From assembly GCA_965225945.1 (NCBI GenBank), contig CBDDBZ010000036.1:96001-160000 (forward strand): a DNA stretch of 64,000 nucleotides, given 5' to 3'. Positions 9,232 through 18,919 of the stretch are shown here, in pieces (positions within the stretch are counted from its first letter, which is position 1; each line of letters begins with the position of its first letter). Under the pieces are notes generated by a model. It did not search any database. It was not told the origin of the DNA and saw nothing but the letters and a program-made list of their open reading frames with translations. Source of the DNA: Alphaproteobacteria bacterium. Its GTDB lineage: Bacteria > Pseudomonadota > Alphaproteobacteria > GCA-2731375. The position numbers and the translations under genes are program-made.

Positions 9232-9409
9232 ATTCCGTGATCCCGGGCGAACGTTCGGGCGACGTTGCCGGTAGTGCCGGCGCCGCCCGATTTTTCTCCG
9301 ACGTCTCCCCGTTCCACGACCCGGGTACGGGAAAACAATGCGCTGGCGCCGGGGCACCACCCCTCCGTCAAAGAGCACTGGAGCTCGCGCTCTCCACTCG
9401 CGCTTCCCG

Positions 9410-10684
9410 CTAACGGACGTCGCGGGCGCGGCTGAAGATCGCCGCCGATATCGCCAAGCAGAGGGCGAGGGCGGCGAAGACCGCGCGGTGTGCCGCCTCG
9501 GGCGGGGTGCCGTCCGCCCCGGGCTCGAAGGCGCCGACGATCAACCCGGTCACCGCCTGCAAGGTGAAGACACCGAGGAAGACGGCGAGGTTCTGCAAGG
9601 TCAGGCCGCGACCGACCAGGTGGTCCGGCAATATGGCCCGGGCGTGCGCATGGCTCAGCATGACGTAACTGGCGACGCCCGAGAACAGCACCAGCAGCCC
9701 CATCGCCGCGACGAGGCCCGGAGCGGGCCAGAGCGCCAGGACCAGCAGGATCGCCGCCGTCGCCGAGGCCGCCCCGATGATCAGCCACTTGCGCCGCGCC
9801 ACCCGACGGTCGAGCCGGGCATAGGCCATGACGCCCAGGATCGAGGCGATGTTGAGCGCCATCAGGGCGTGGCCGCGTTGCACCGTGTCGAGCCCGTGGA
9901 CGTCGGCGAAGTAAGGCCCGGCCCACAGACCCATGACCGCCAGTAGGGTCGCGTAGCCGGTGAACTGGATAGCGCAGACGAGCCAAAGCTGCCGGTTCGC
10001 CAGCACGTCTCGCAGTCCGCTCGCCACCTCGCGCCAACTCTCCGGCCGTCCCTCGCCCTCGATCGTGCCCGGCGGCCGGTCGCGCACCACGGCGTAAAGA
10101 GCCAAGGCCGCCAGCGCGGTCAGCCCCGCCATGCCCCAGAACGAGCCGCGCCAGCCGATCGCTTCGCTGAGCCAGGCGAGCGGCGTGGTGGCGAGAAGGG
10201 TGCCGAGGCCGCCCATGGCGAAGAGCAGCGAGGAGAGCGCGGCGAAACGTTCCGCCGGGAACCAGCGGGCGATGGCGACGAGGGAGCCCATCAGCCCCGC
10301 CGCGCAGCCGACGCCGATCACCGCCCGCGCGATCGTGACCGTGGTCTGGTCGGGACCGGAGGCGAAACCGGCGGCGCCGAGGGCGGCCAGGAGGAACAGT
10401 CCCGACATCGTGCCTCGGGGGCCGAAACGGTCGAGCAGGACGCCAACAGGGATCTGCGCCACGGCGAAGCTCAGAAAGAAGGCGCCGGTCATCACCCCCA
10501 TCGCCTCGGCCGAGAGCGCGAGGTCGGCCATCAGCTCCGGCGCGATGACGGCGTTGGCGACGCGGTAGAACTGGCTCGCCACGTAGGCTGCGCACAGCAC
10601 GATGAAGATACGGCTCGCCCTCGACACCTTGCGCGCGCTCCCTCGCCTCGGGTCCGACTGGAAACGGCTTGCCGGCGCCGCCAT
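9410..10684 (-). CDS. MFS transporter
   Basis: About 12 TM helices, GVLLDRFGPR motif A; start uncertain. Confidence 0.9.
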   Translation of the reverse strand: MAAPASRFQSDPRRGSARKVSRASRIFIVLCAAYVASQFYRVANAVIAPELMADLALSAEAMGVMTGAFFLSFAVAQIPVGVLLDRFGPRGTMSGLFLLAALGAAGFASGPDQTTVTIARAVIGVGCAAGLMGSLVAIARWFPAERFAALSSLLFAMGGLGTLLATTPLAWLSEAIGWRGSFWGMAGLTALAALALYAVVRDRPPGTIEGEGRPESWREVASGLRDVLANRQLWLVCAIQFTGYATLLAVMGLWAGPYFADVHGLDTVQRGHALMALNIASILGVMAYARLDRRVARRKWLIIGAASATAAILLVLALWPAPGLVAAMGLLVLFSGVASYVMLSHAHARAILPDHLVGRGLTLQNLAVFLGVFTLQAVTGLIVGAFEPGADGTPPEAAHRAVFAALALCLAISAAIFSRARDVR

Positions 10685-10745
10685 GATCGGGCGCCGCCAG
10701 AATGCCAAAGCGGCGAGCGGAACCCAAGCCGGGAGGGAGAGGGAC

Positions 10746-11651
10746 ATGTTCGAGGGATTTGCGCGGGAACGGATCCGGGTGAACGACGTCGCCATCAATC
10801 TGGTCAGGGCCGGCCCCGCCGGCGCGCCGGCGATGCTGCTGCTGCACGGCTATCCACAGTGCCTGGTCGAATGGCACAAACTGGCGCCGCTCTTGGCGGA
10901 GCGCTTCCAGGTCGTGGCCACGGACCTGCGCGGCTACGGCGATAGCGACAAGCCGGCGGCGGCGGACGGCGACTTCACCGTCTATTGCAAGCGGACGAAC
11001 GCCGCCGACCAGGTCGCGGTGATGCGCCGGCTGGGCCACGAATCGTTCCACGTGGTCGGGCACGATCGGGGCGCCCGGGTCGCCCATCGCATGGCGCTGG
11101 ACCAAGCGAGCGCGGTGCGCAGCTTCGTCAATCTGGATGTCAACGCCTCGCAAGCCGCCTTCGAGGCGATGGATGCGGACCTCGCCTATTCCTGGTTCCA
11201 CTGGAACTTGATGCGCCAGCCCTCGCCGATACCGGAGACCCTGATCGGCAACAGTGTCGAGGTCTATCTGAACTTCCTGCTCGACACCTGGGTCCACGTG
11301 GCCGGCGCGATCACCGTGGAAGCGCGGGCGGAGTATCTCCGCTGCTTCTCCGATCCGGCCTGCATTCGGGCGACCTGCATGGACTATCGCGGCATCGTCC
11401 TCGACCTGGAGCACGACGAGGTCGATCGCGGCCGCAAGATCACGGCGCCGATGCTTGTCCTCTGGGCCGGCGAGATGGCCAAGCGTCCCGGCTGGCAGAC
11501 GGGAAAGAGCGCGAGCCTGCTCGACACCTGGGGCGCCCGGGCCGAACGGGTCGAGGGCCGCGCGTTCCCCTGCGGCCACTTCATCCCCGAGGAGATGCCG
11601 GAGGAAGCCGCCCGTGCGATCATCGATTTCGTCGACCGCGTGGCGGGGTAG
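10746..11651 (+). CDS. Alpha/beta hydrolase, haloacetate (fluoroacetate) dehalogenase-like
   Basis: LLHGYPQ, DLRGYGDSDKP, GHDRGARV, FHW, CGHFIPEE. Confidence 0.85.
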   Translation: MFEGFARERIRVNDVAINLVRAGPAGAPAMLLLHGYPQCLVEWHKLAPLLAERFQVVATDLRGYGDSDKPAAADGDFTVYCKRTNAADQVAVMRRLGHESFHVVGHDRGARVAHRMALDQASAVRSFVNLDVNASQAAFEAMDADLAYSWFHWNLMRQPSPIPETLIGNSVEVYLNFLLDTWVHVAGAITVEARAEYLRCFSDPACIRATCMDYRGIVLDLEHDEVDRGRKITAPMLVLWAGEMAKRPGWQTGKSASLLDTWGARAERVEGRAFPCGHFIPEEMPEEAARAIIDFVDRVAG

Positions 11652-11658
11652 GGGCGCT

Positions 11659-11961
11659 TCAGCCCGGCGTCGAGGATTCCTGGAGTCGGGGTTCGATCGT
11701 CTCGATCTCCGCGCCAGCCTTTAGTTTGGCCAAGCGGAGGTCATGACTGGTCTGAAGGTTCAGCCAGAAGGTGGCGGAGGTAGCGAACCACCTGCCGAGG
11801 CGAAGCGCGGTGTCGGCGCTGATTCGCCGCTTGCCCGCAATGATCTGGCTGACCCTGTTTTCCGGCACGTGCAGGCGCCGCGACAGCTCGGCGGCGCTGA
11901 TGTTCGTCGCCTCGAGTTCGTCGCCGAGGATCTCCCCCGGGTGAATCGGTGTTCTGGCCAT
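11659..11961 (-). CDS. higA: HigA family antitoxin (HTH)
   Basis: PIHPGEIL...ISADTALRLGRWFATSATFWLNLQ. Confidence 0.9.
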   Translation of the reverse strand: MARTPIHPGEILGDELEATNISAAELSRRLHVPENRVSQIIAGKRRISADTALRLGRWFATSATFWLNLQTSHDLRLAKLKAGAEIETIEPRLQESSTPG

Positions 11962-11974
11962 GCGCAGGTCCTCG

Positions 11975-12253
11975 TCAATGATAGTCGATGATCTCGACAT
12001 TCTCCGGGCCGGCCGCCGGCCATTCGAAACAAATCCGCCACTGGCGGTTTATTCGAACACTGTACTGCCCCCGACGATCACCGGTCAGTGCCTCGAGCCG
12101 ATTGCTTCGTAGTGCGGCGAGATCGGCGAGGCTCTCCGCCGCGTCGAGGATTTCCAGTCGCTTCTCCGCCTGGCGCGCAAAACCTTGAAACGCCGGCACG
12201 AAATCACCGGCGGCGAAGTTTCGAGTTCTTCCGTCCCGATAGCTTCCGATCAT
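11975..12253 (-). CDS. higB: HigB/RelE family toxin
   Basis: NRLEALTGDRRGQYSVRINRQWRICFEW...VEIIDYH; lies upstream of the antitoxin. Confidence 0.9.
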   Translation of the reverse strand: MIGSYRDGRTRNFAAGDFVPAFQGFARQAEKRLEILDAAESLADLAALRSNRLEALTGDRRGQYSVRINRQWRICFEWPAAGPENVEIIDYH

Positions 12254-12332
12254 CGCGCGAGCGACCGATGCGTGGCTTAGACGTCATATGTAATACGTAT
12301 AGTATATGGACCCGTCATGTGGCAATGATTTT

Positions 12333-13357
12333 GGCTCAATTCGTGAATTGTATGCATTAGTGATAGAGTGCCTGCAACGTCAGGAGGTTGGGTTATGGAC
12401 GGCAAGGGTTTCCAGGTGTGGCTTTCGGCGGCGCGCGGGCTGACGCGCGCGCAGCGGCGCGAGGCGCTCGCGGTGCTGTCGGGCCGGAGCGAGGGCGAGG
12501 CATCGAAGGCCGCGATCGAGCTTGGTGTGGACGAGGCCCGGCGCTGTCCGCACTGCGCGAGCGAAGGGGCGGTTTCGCGCGGTATGGCGCGGGGTCTGCG
12601 GCGCTACCAGTGCAAGGGCTGCGGCAGGACCTTCAACGCGCTGAGCGGTACGCCGCTGTCGGGCTTGCACCACAAGGAACGCTGGCTGTCGTTCGGGGCG
12701 TCGCTGGCGAAGGGGGAGACGGTGAAGGCCTCGGCGGCGCGCTGCGACGTGGCGGTGAGCACGGCGTTCCGCTGGCGTCACCGGTTTCTGGCGGCGGCGC
12801 GGAGCGATTCGGAGGTGCTCAAGGGGATCGTGGAAGCGGACGAGACCTACGTCCTGGAGAGCCGGAAGGGCGCGCGCGGGCTGGGGCGCAAGGCACGGCG
12901 GCGGGGCGGCAAGGCGAAGAAGCGCGGCCTCTCGCGCGAGCAGGTACCGGTTCTCATGGCGGCGGACCGGAGCGGAACGACGGTCAGCGCGGTGCTGCCC
13001 AGGGTCGATGCGGCGGCGCTCACGGCTGCCCTCGACCCGGTGGTCGCGAAGGACGCCCTGCTGGTCTCCGACGGCGGCGCGAGCTACCCACCGTGCGCCG
13101 CCGCGCTCGGGGTGAGCCACGAAGCACTCAACCGCTCGATGGGGGAACGGGTTCGGGGCGATCTGCATGTGCAGACGGTGAACAGCCGCCACAGCCGGTT
13201 GAAGGACTTCCTGCGTCCCCGCCGCGGCATCGCCACCCGCTATCTGGACAACTACCTGAGCTGGTTCCACCTCGTCGGCCTCGCCCCCGGCGCCAATGAC
13301 CGAGCCTGCCTCGCCGCCGCCGTAACAAGGTGACGCATAGAATTCACGAATTGAGCC
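12333..13357 (+). mobile_element. IS1595 family element (ISPna2-like), copy 1, 1025 bp
   Basis: TIRs GGCTCAATTCGTGAATT; 8-bp TSD ATGATTTT on both sides. Confidence 0.95.
12395..13333 (+). CDS. IS1595 family transposase
   Basis: CPHC/CKGC zinc ribbon, EADETY, VSDG, VNSRHSRLK, GIATRYLDNYL. Confidence 0.95.
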   Translation: MDGKGFQVWLSAARGLTRAQRREALAVLSGRSEGEASKAAIELGVDEARRCPHCASEGAVSRGMARGLRRYQCKGCGRTFNALSGTPLSGLHHKERWLSFGASLAKGETVKASAARCDVAVSTAFRWRHRFLAAARSDSEVLKGIVEADETYVLESRKGARGLGRKARRRGGKAKKRGLSREQVPVLMAADRSGTTVSAVLPRVDAAALTAALDPVVAKDALLVSDGGASYPPCAAALGVSHEALNRSMGERVRGDLHVQTVNSRHSRLKDFLRPRRGIATRYLDNYLSWFHLVGLAPGANDRACLAAAVTR

Positions 13358-13471
13358 ATGATTTTTTTCCATGGTAGAAGACCGCCGGGGCGGTATCGAT
13401 TGGTCACGGAACCACCCTCGGGTCGTAATCAGGCAAGGCCGACGCGAGCATTCTCAAAGGGAGGACATCCG

Positions 13472-14398
13472 ATGAATCTCGAAGGCAGGGCGGGAATCGT
13501 GACGGGCGCGGGGCGCGGGATCGGGCGCGAGATCGCGCTGCTGTTGGCGCGCGAGGGCGCCAGAGTCATCGTCAACGATCTGGGCGTCGGGCGTAGCGGC
13601 GAGGAGATGGACGAGACGCCGGCGGACGAGGTGGTCGCCGAGATCACGGGCGGCGGCGGCAAGGCGATCGCCAGCGCTGAATCGATCGCCGACTACGCCA
13701 ACGCCGGGCGCATGGTCATGCAATGCGTCGACACCTTCGGCTCGATCGATTTCGTCGTCAACGTGGCCGGCATGCTGCGCGAGCGGATGATCTGGAACAT
13801 GACCGAGGAGGATTTCGACCAGGTCATATTGGTCCACCTGAAGGGCCACTGGAACATGTGTACCCACGCCATCAAGGTGATGCGCGGCGCGCGCTATGGC
13901 CGGATCGTGAATTTCTCCTCCGACGCCTTCAAGGGCTCGGTCGGGCAGTGCAACTATGCCGCCGCCAAGGCGGGCATCATCGGCCTGACCCGCACGATCG
14001 CGGCCGAGTGCGGCCGCTACGGCATCACCGCCAACGCCATGTGCCCGATGGCGGCGACCCGCATGACGGTGAACGACGCGGTCATCGCCAGCTGGAAACG
14101 GCGGCTGGAAAGCGGCCTGCTGTCACAGGCCGATTACGATGCGCGGATGGCGATGCCGGGGCCGGAATTCGTGGCGCCGATGGTGGCTTATCTCTGCACC
14201 GAAGACTCGCGCGACGTCAACGGCCAACTGTTCCACGCGGAGCGGTCGCTGATCCACACCTACTATTTCGGCGACGCGGCGCGTTCGATCTACAAACACA
14301 CCGACGGCGGCATGTTCACCGTCGACGAGCTGATCGAGACCGTGCCCGCCTCGCTCATGGCCGGCATCGCCAATGTCGCGCCGGCCGAGGAGGCTTGA
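13472..14398 (+). CDS. SDR family oxidoreductase
   Basis: TGAGRGIG, VNVAG, YAAAK. Confidence 0.92.
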   Translation: MNLEGRAGIVTGAGRGIGREIALLLAREGARVIVNDLGVGRSGEEMDETPADEVVAEITGGGGKAIASAESIADYANAGRMVMQCVDTFGSIDFVVNVAGMLRERMIWNMTEEDFDQVILVHLKGHWNMCTHAIKVMRGARYGRIVNFSSDAFKGSVGQCNYAAAKAGIIGLTRTIAAECGRYGITANAMCPMAATRMTVNDAVIASWKRRLESGLLSQADYDARMAMPGPEFVAPMVAYLCTEDSRDVNGQLFHAERSLIHTYYFGDAARSIYKHTDGGMFTVDELIETVPASLMAGIANVAPAEEA

Positions 14399-14591
14399 GG
14401 CGGGAGGCGGCCCGCGCGTTTCGAAACTCGGCCCCCGTCCCGCCCGACCGGAAACCGGTCCACCCGTATGGCTTGCGCCCCCTAGAGCAATATCCGAACG
14501 GATTGAACCCGTGCGGTTCAATCCGTTCGGATAAATTTGCTCTATACTTCAATAAGGTAGAGCAGCTTTATCCACCAGTTGGATCGCTGAA

Positions 14592-16041
14592 GGGGATGTC
14601 CCGGGCTCTGTTGAAAAGCTGAAGTAGGCGTCGTCCGCCTGGAGCCGCTAGGCTCTGGGTGCTGATTCCATCAAGGAGAACGACGCCATGACCAAGACTA
14701 CACGCAACGACCGTTCCTCGGAACCATCCTGTCGGCTCTTGCCATCGATGCCGGAGGCCTTCGACGATCTGCGCATGAGCGTCGATCGCTTCTGCCTTTT
14801 GGCGGGCCTCGAGTCTTTGAACGAGATGATGTCGGCGGACGCGGAAGCCTTGTGCGGTTCGCGCCACGCCCGCTCGGGCGAGCGCAAGGGCCATCGATGG
14901 GGCACGACCCGGAGCGAGATCGCCTACCACGGCGGCAAAGTGAAGGTCGAGCGCCCTCGGGTGCGGGACTTCGCGGGTCGGGAGATGAGCCTGCCGAGTT
15001 GGGAGCTGCTGTCGGAACCCGAACTCTTGCAAGCCTGGGCGATGAATCTGATGGTGATCAACGTCTCGACCCGCAAGTATGCCCGCGCGGTGCGCCTGCC
15101 GGACGATGCGGGCGGCGATCTGCCGGCGGCATCGGGTGACGCAACCTCGAAGTCGGCGGTCTCGCGCCGTTTCGTGGCGTTGACGCGAAGCAAGCTGAAG
15201 GCCTGGCTGGCGAGCCCGCTCGACGATCTCGATCTCGTGGTGCTCCAGATCGACGGGCTCCATGTCGGCGATCACCTGATGGTGGCGGCGATCGGCATCG
15301 ACACCGGCGGCGCGAAGCACGTGCTGGGCCTGGCCGAGGGCGCGACGGAGAACGCGGCCACGGTGCAAGCCATGCTCGACAACCTGATCGAGCGCGGTCT
15401 CGATCCCGAACGGCCTCGGCTCTACATCGTCGACGGCGCCAAGGCGCTCTCGAAGGCGATCCGGCGGACCTTCGGGCGGGCGGCGGCCCTCCAGCGCTGC
15501 CAGGTGCACAAGGGGCGCAACATCACGGACCGGCTGGACGAGAGCCTCCATGCCGGCGTCAGGAAGGTCTTGCGGCAGGCCTGGCAGCAGGACGACGCGG
15601 CCAAGGCCGAACGGCTCTTGCGCAACCTCGCCCGCCGTCTGGAGCATGACGCACCCGGCGTCTCGGGCTCGATCCTGGAGGGCCTGGACGAGATCCTGAC
15701 CGTGATCCGGCTCGGCCTCCCGCCGCAACTTCGACACTCCTGGCTTGCACCAACGCCATCGAGAACGCGATCGGCACCGTCCGGACGGTGCAGCGGAACG
15801 TCAAGCGCTGGCGCAACGCCGAGATGGCGCTGCGTTGGACCGCCGCCGGCCTCTTGGAGGCGCAAAAGACCTTCCGCCGCCTCAAGGCCTACCGCCAGCT
15901 CCCCGTCCTTGACGCCGCCCTGCGGGAGGCGGTGAGAAAGGCCGGAGCAAAGTCCGTCATTGAAGACATCGAGGTGGCCGCGTAGCCTCTCGATCAGACG
16001 ATGCCTATCTCGCACTTTTCAACATTGGGCGGGACATCGCC
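14592..16041 (+). mobile_element. IS256 family element
   Basis: Imperfect TIRs GGGGATGTCCCG / CGGGACATCGCC; 8-bp TSD TCGCTGAA. Confidence 0.92.
14688..15985 (+). CDS. IS256 family transposase (apparent frameshift near 15740)
   Basis: QIDG, IVDGAKAL, QRCQVHK; adding one C restores SLACTNAIEN and joins ORF 15788-15985. Confidence 0.85.
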
Positions 16042-16182
16042 TCGCTGAAAGCGATTCCGACTGGACGGATGCTGCTCTAGCCGGCGGCTCGGACATCTCC
16101 AAGCACCGGACGTCACGCCCTTGCGATTAACCTCGCCTTAGGATTTACCGTTCATCATCGATGGTCGTGCGAAGGAGGCGCG

Positions 16183-16467
16183 ATGACGATGAGTTTCGAG
16201 GCGAGCCTAGGTGCGAAGGATGGCAAGGGTAAGCGGGGACGGTACCTGCTCGCCGGATTGATTCTGGCGCTATCGGTGCCGGTCGGCTTCGTCACCGCTT
16301 ATGTGATCACGCCCTTTCTCTGGTGGATGGAAGTCCAGACCTCCGTGGCCTTAACGGCGCAATCGGGACCCAAACCATTCGTCATCGCGATCTCCGCCCT
16401 CTTCGTCTGGGGTGTGCTCTACGCCATCACGTGCATGGTGATCGAGCATCGCGAACAACGACGTTGA
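16183..16467 (+). CDS. Small hypothetical membrane protein
   Basis: RBS AAGGAGG, two hydrophobic helices. Confidence 0.65.
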   Translation: MTMSFEASLGAKDGKGKRGRYLLAGLILALSVPVGFVTAYVITPFLWWMEVQTSVALTAQSGPKPFVIAISALFVWGVLYAITCMVIEHREQRR

Positions 16468-16874
16468 ACCGAACTCTTGCGAACACGCATGCTCACGGGA
16501 GCGGCGCTAGGCTTTCTCGCTCGCGACGATGACGCGATCATCCACTGCCGGCAGGCCTGTCAGGTCCCCGACGCCAGTTTCCTGCCCCAAATGAATCTCG
16601 CCGCCGCATCGGCACAAACCGGGCAGGAAAGCGATGCTCGGGCAGCTTGATCCGCGGCAATATCGTTGCAATACACCACACCATATTGATTGAGCCGCCC
16701 AAGACATTCCATTCTTCTAATACAAAGGGTCGGTTTTCCGCTGAGCGGCTCTTCACGAGGAAGTGAAAAACGGCAGGTTGCGATGCCGGTGGCGGGGGTC
16801 ATCCATACCATCTGGCTTGCTCTTGGAACACTATTGTGCTCCATCGTATATGGAGGGATAAAGATAGCAATACC

Positions 16875-17138
16875 ATGGCGCTCTCGGCCGACGATTTAAT
16901 CTCCCTGATCAACGAAGAAGTCTCGCGGTTGACGCCCGTCGACAATGCCGTGGCCGGGGCGCGTCATAGCGCATTGCTTCACTTGCGCGAGGTCTTGCAG
17001 AGAACGGGTTTTCCCACGGATCGCGATCAGCGACGCGAACTTTCCCTGGTTCCACTTGTGTTCCAAGAGGCTAATTACGACGATATCGACTGGACCGATC
17101 GGGCTGCGCCGCTCGGACATTTGTACGGTTTTTGTTAA
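16875..17138 (+). CDS. Hypothetical protein
   Basis: Plausible amphipathic 87-aa ORF in a lower-GC region; no family recognised. Confidence 0.4.
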   Translation: MALSADDLISLINEEVSRLTPVDNAVAGARHSALLHLREVLQRTGFPTDRDQRRELSLVPLVFQEANYDDIDWTDRAAPLGHLYGFC

Positions 17139-17425
17139 TAGATGTTGCTGTTCAAACAAATGGCCGCGAACGTCACGAACTAACGGATGGCGAATACAAT
17201 GACTACGTCCAGATAAGTTTCACCGCGATTGATTATAGAAAGTAACGCCACTGAAACTAATCGGTGGTGCCTTGCCATGGATTTGAAGCTTGTCCGGGAA
17301 ATGTCGGGTTATTCGACGTCCATGCTGGCATCGTGCTTTAATCGGCGGCGGACAACCCGGGCCAAATTCGCTAGATAAGCCCAGGTTGAGCGAAATGATG
17401 ACTTGGGAGAAGCTTGTTTGAAGCA

Positions 17426-18176
17426 TGCCTATCCGGTTATCACCCACACCCACTATATGTAGTGTGTCTCCTTGGACTGCAGGCAAGGGCCGGCGCAGGC
17501 GCATTGAGGAGGCGATCCGGCTAATTCTTGATTGTTCTGAAAACCGAACCGGAGTTTAATTCACGTCACGTACTTAACATCGGGGGACGGAACGGTGGCG
17601 ACCAAGGGAAAAACGAAGAAACCCACGGCCAGACGGGAAGCTGCTGATGAAACGACATCGTCTGAGCGATTGACGGCACTAGTCGAAGAAAGCGACGCGC
17701 TGGCACGAATCGTTGCGAAGAACCCGTCCGCGCCTGTTAGTCTCCTGCGCGTTTTGAGTCGCAGCGAAGACGAAGCGACACGCAAGAACGTGATCCTCAA
17801 TCCGTTTACTTCATATGACGTATTGAGCGAACTTGAAAACCAGTTCACAGAGCTATTTGTGAATAATCCGGCACTCGAATCCTACAATTCAATGAAGCTC
17901 TGATTTCCTGGAATATTCCATCGGTGTCGTTCACCTCCGATTTCAGATAAATTTCAATGAAGTGACGGTCCTTTATGCAACGTGGCGTTTTGCCAAATCC
18001 GACTCAATGATTAGGATTTCCACCACGCTAAAGTGTCGCCTAAAAGGCGCTACAATGCCGTCCGAGTCCCTGCTCGGCATCGCCGGAGATATCTCCGCTT
18101 CGACCTGCACCGAGCTTTACTCAGGAAAATGGGTGCACACTACATATAGTGGGTGTGGGTGATAACCGGATAGGCA
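17426..18176. mobile_element. 751-bp unit bounded by perfect 41-bp inverted repeats (putative non-autonomous or invertible element)
   Basis: TGCCTATCCGGTTATCACCCACACCCACTATATGTAGTGTG at 17426-17466 is the exact inverse of 18136-18176; degenerate inverted copy at ~45226-45910. Confidence 0.7.
17595..17903 (+). CDS. Small protein with leucine-rich-repeat-variant (LRV)-like repeats
   Basis: VAKNPSAP / VILNPFTS / FVNNPAL repeated NP motifs about 22-26 aa apart. Confidence 0.6.
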   Translation: MATKGKTKKPTARREAADETTSSERLTALVEESDALARIVAKNPSAPVSLLRVLSRSEDEATRKNVILNPFTSYDVLSELENQFTELFVNNPALESYNSMKL

Positions 18177-18180
18177 AGGT

Positions 18181-18882
18181 TTGAAGGGGTCGTTGGCTAT
18201 CGTCGTCGCGGCACTGGGCCTGATTTCACCAGGCGCGGCATTCGGGCTGAGCTGCGCGCGCCCGAGCCTGGACGAAACCGCCATCGCTGCCGCCATCATG
18301 ATTTTCGAGGGAACCGCGGGGCCGAAACGCTCCCTCGATCGTCGCGAAAGAGCGGCGGTCCGAAGGCACGCCATCGAAGCAAAGGGCGGCAGGACCGAGG
18401 ACCTGAGGGTCTACAGATTCGCGGTGACGCGGGGCTGGAAGGGAGCGACGAGGGGTCAGAGCGTCGATGTCCTCTTCAACACCTATTGGGGAGACGGCTT
18501 TGCCGAGGGCGGAGCCTACCTCGTGGTCAGCCCGCGACAGGTCAAAAATCTCTTCTGGACGCCGCTTTGCGGCCACACGATCGATTTGAGACATGCCGCC
18601 GAATTCGGCACTCTCGCCAAGCTGGAGCGGAGAATCGGTATCGGCTATCACATGAAGGTCGGGATGGCGGACCGCGTCTGCCGGCGCGCCGAAGACTGCA
18701 CCTCGGTGCAAACCCACTGCGGCGCGTGCAGCTGCGGCACGCCGGTGGCCAAGGTCGCGGCCGAAGGCTACGAGGCGCGGTTCGAAAGGCTGTGCGCCGC
18801 CATTCGATTCGCCGAGCGTTGCGAGAGGAATTGCCCGCCTCCCGCACTATCCTGCACGGCGGGAATTTGCGTCGCCGAATAA
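18181..18882 (+). CDS. Secreted Cys-rich protein, TIMP/NTR-like N-terminal domain
   Basis: Signal peptide then LSC, IFEGT, YRFAVTRGWKG, YLVV, LCG; C-terminal module with many cysteines. Confidence 0.65.
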   Translation: MKGSLAIVVAALGLISPGAAFGLSCARPSLDETAIAAAIMIFEGTAGPKRSLDRRERAAVRRHAIEAKGGRTEDLRVYRFAVTRGWKGATRGQSVDVLFNTYWGDGFAEGGAYLVVSPRQVKNLFWTPLCGHTIDLRHAAEFGTLAKLERRIGIGYHMKVGMADRVCRRAEDCTSVQTHCGACSCGTPVAKVAAEGYEARFERLCAAIRFAERCERNCPPPALSCTAGICVAE

Positions 18883-18919
18883 ACTGCCCCCCGGCTATTC
18901 GCTGCAAACCCGAAGCGCT

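Larger units (their letters stand above)
14482..16080. repeat. Double-hairpin CTAG-ended MITE-like element (141 bp when the IS is removed), interrupted by IS256
   Basis: CTAGAGCA...TGCTCTAG ends; hairpin 1 at 14483-14543; hairpin 2 split in its loop by IS256. Confidence 0.75.

Noticed and set aside
9228-11579. Long alternative-frame or antisense ORFs (for example 783 aa here, 37111-38970, 62040-63926)
   Set aside because: These are shadow ORFs of high-GC coding sequence; they are Arg/Gly/Pro-rich with no recognisable motifs.
17220-17504. 94-aa reverse-strand ORF
   Set aside because: It runs across the 41-bp IR and has no recognisable motif, so it is probably spurious.
16100-18900. Integron cassette array (small co-oriented ORFs, lower GC)
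   Set aside because: There is no integrase, and I could not find convincing attC R''/R' boxes.
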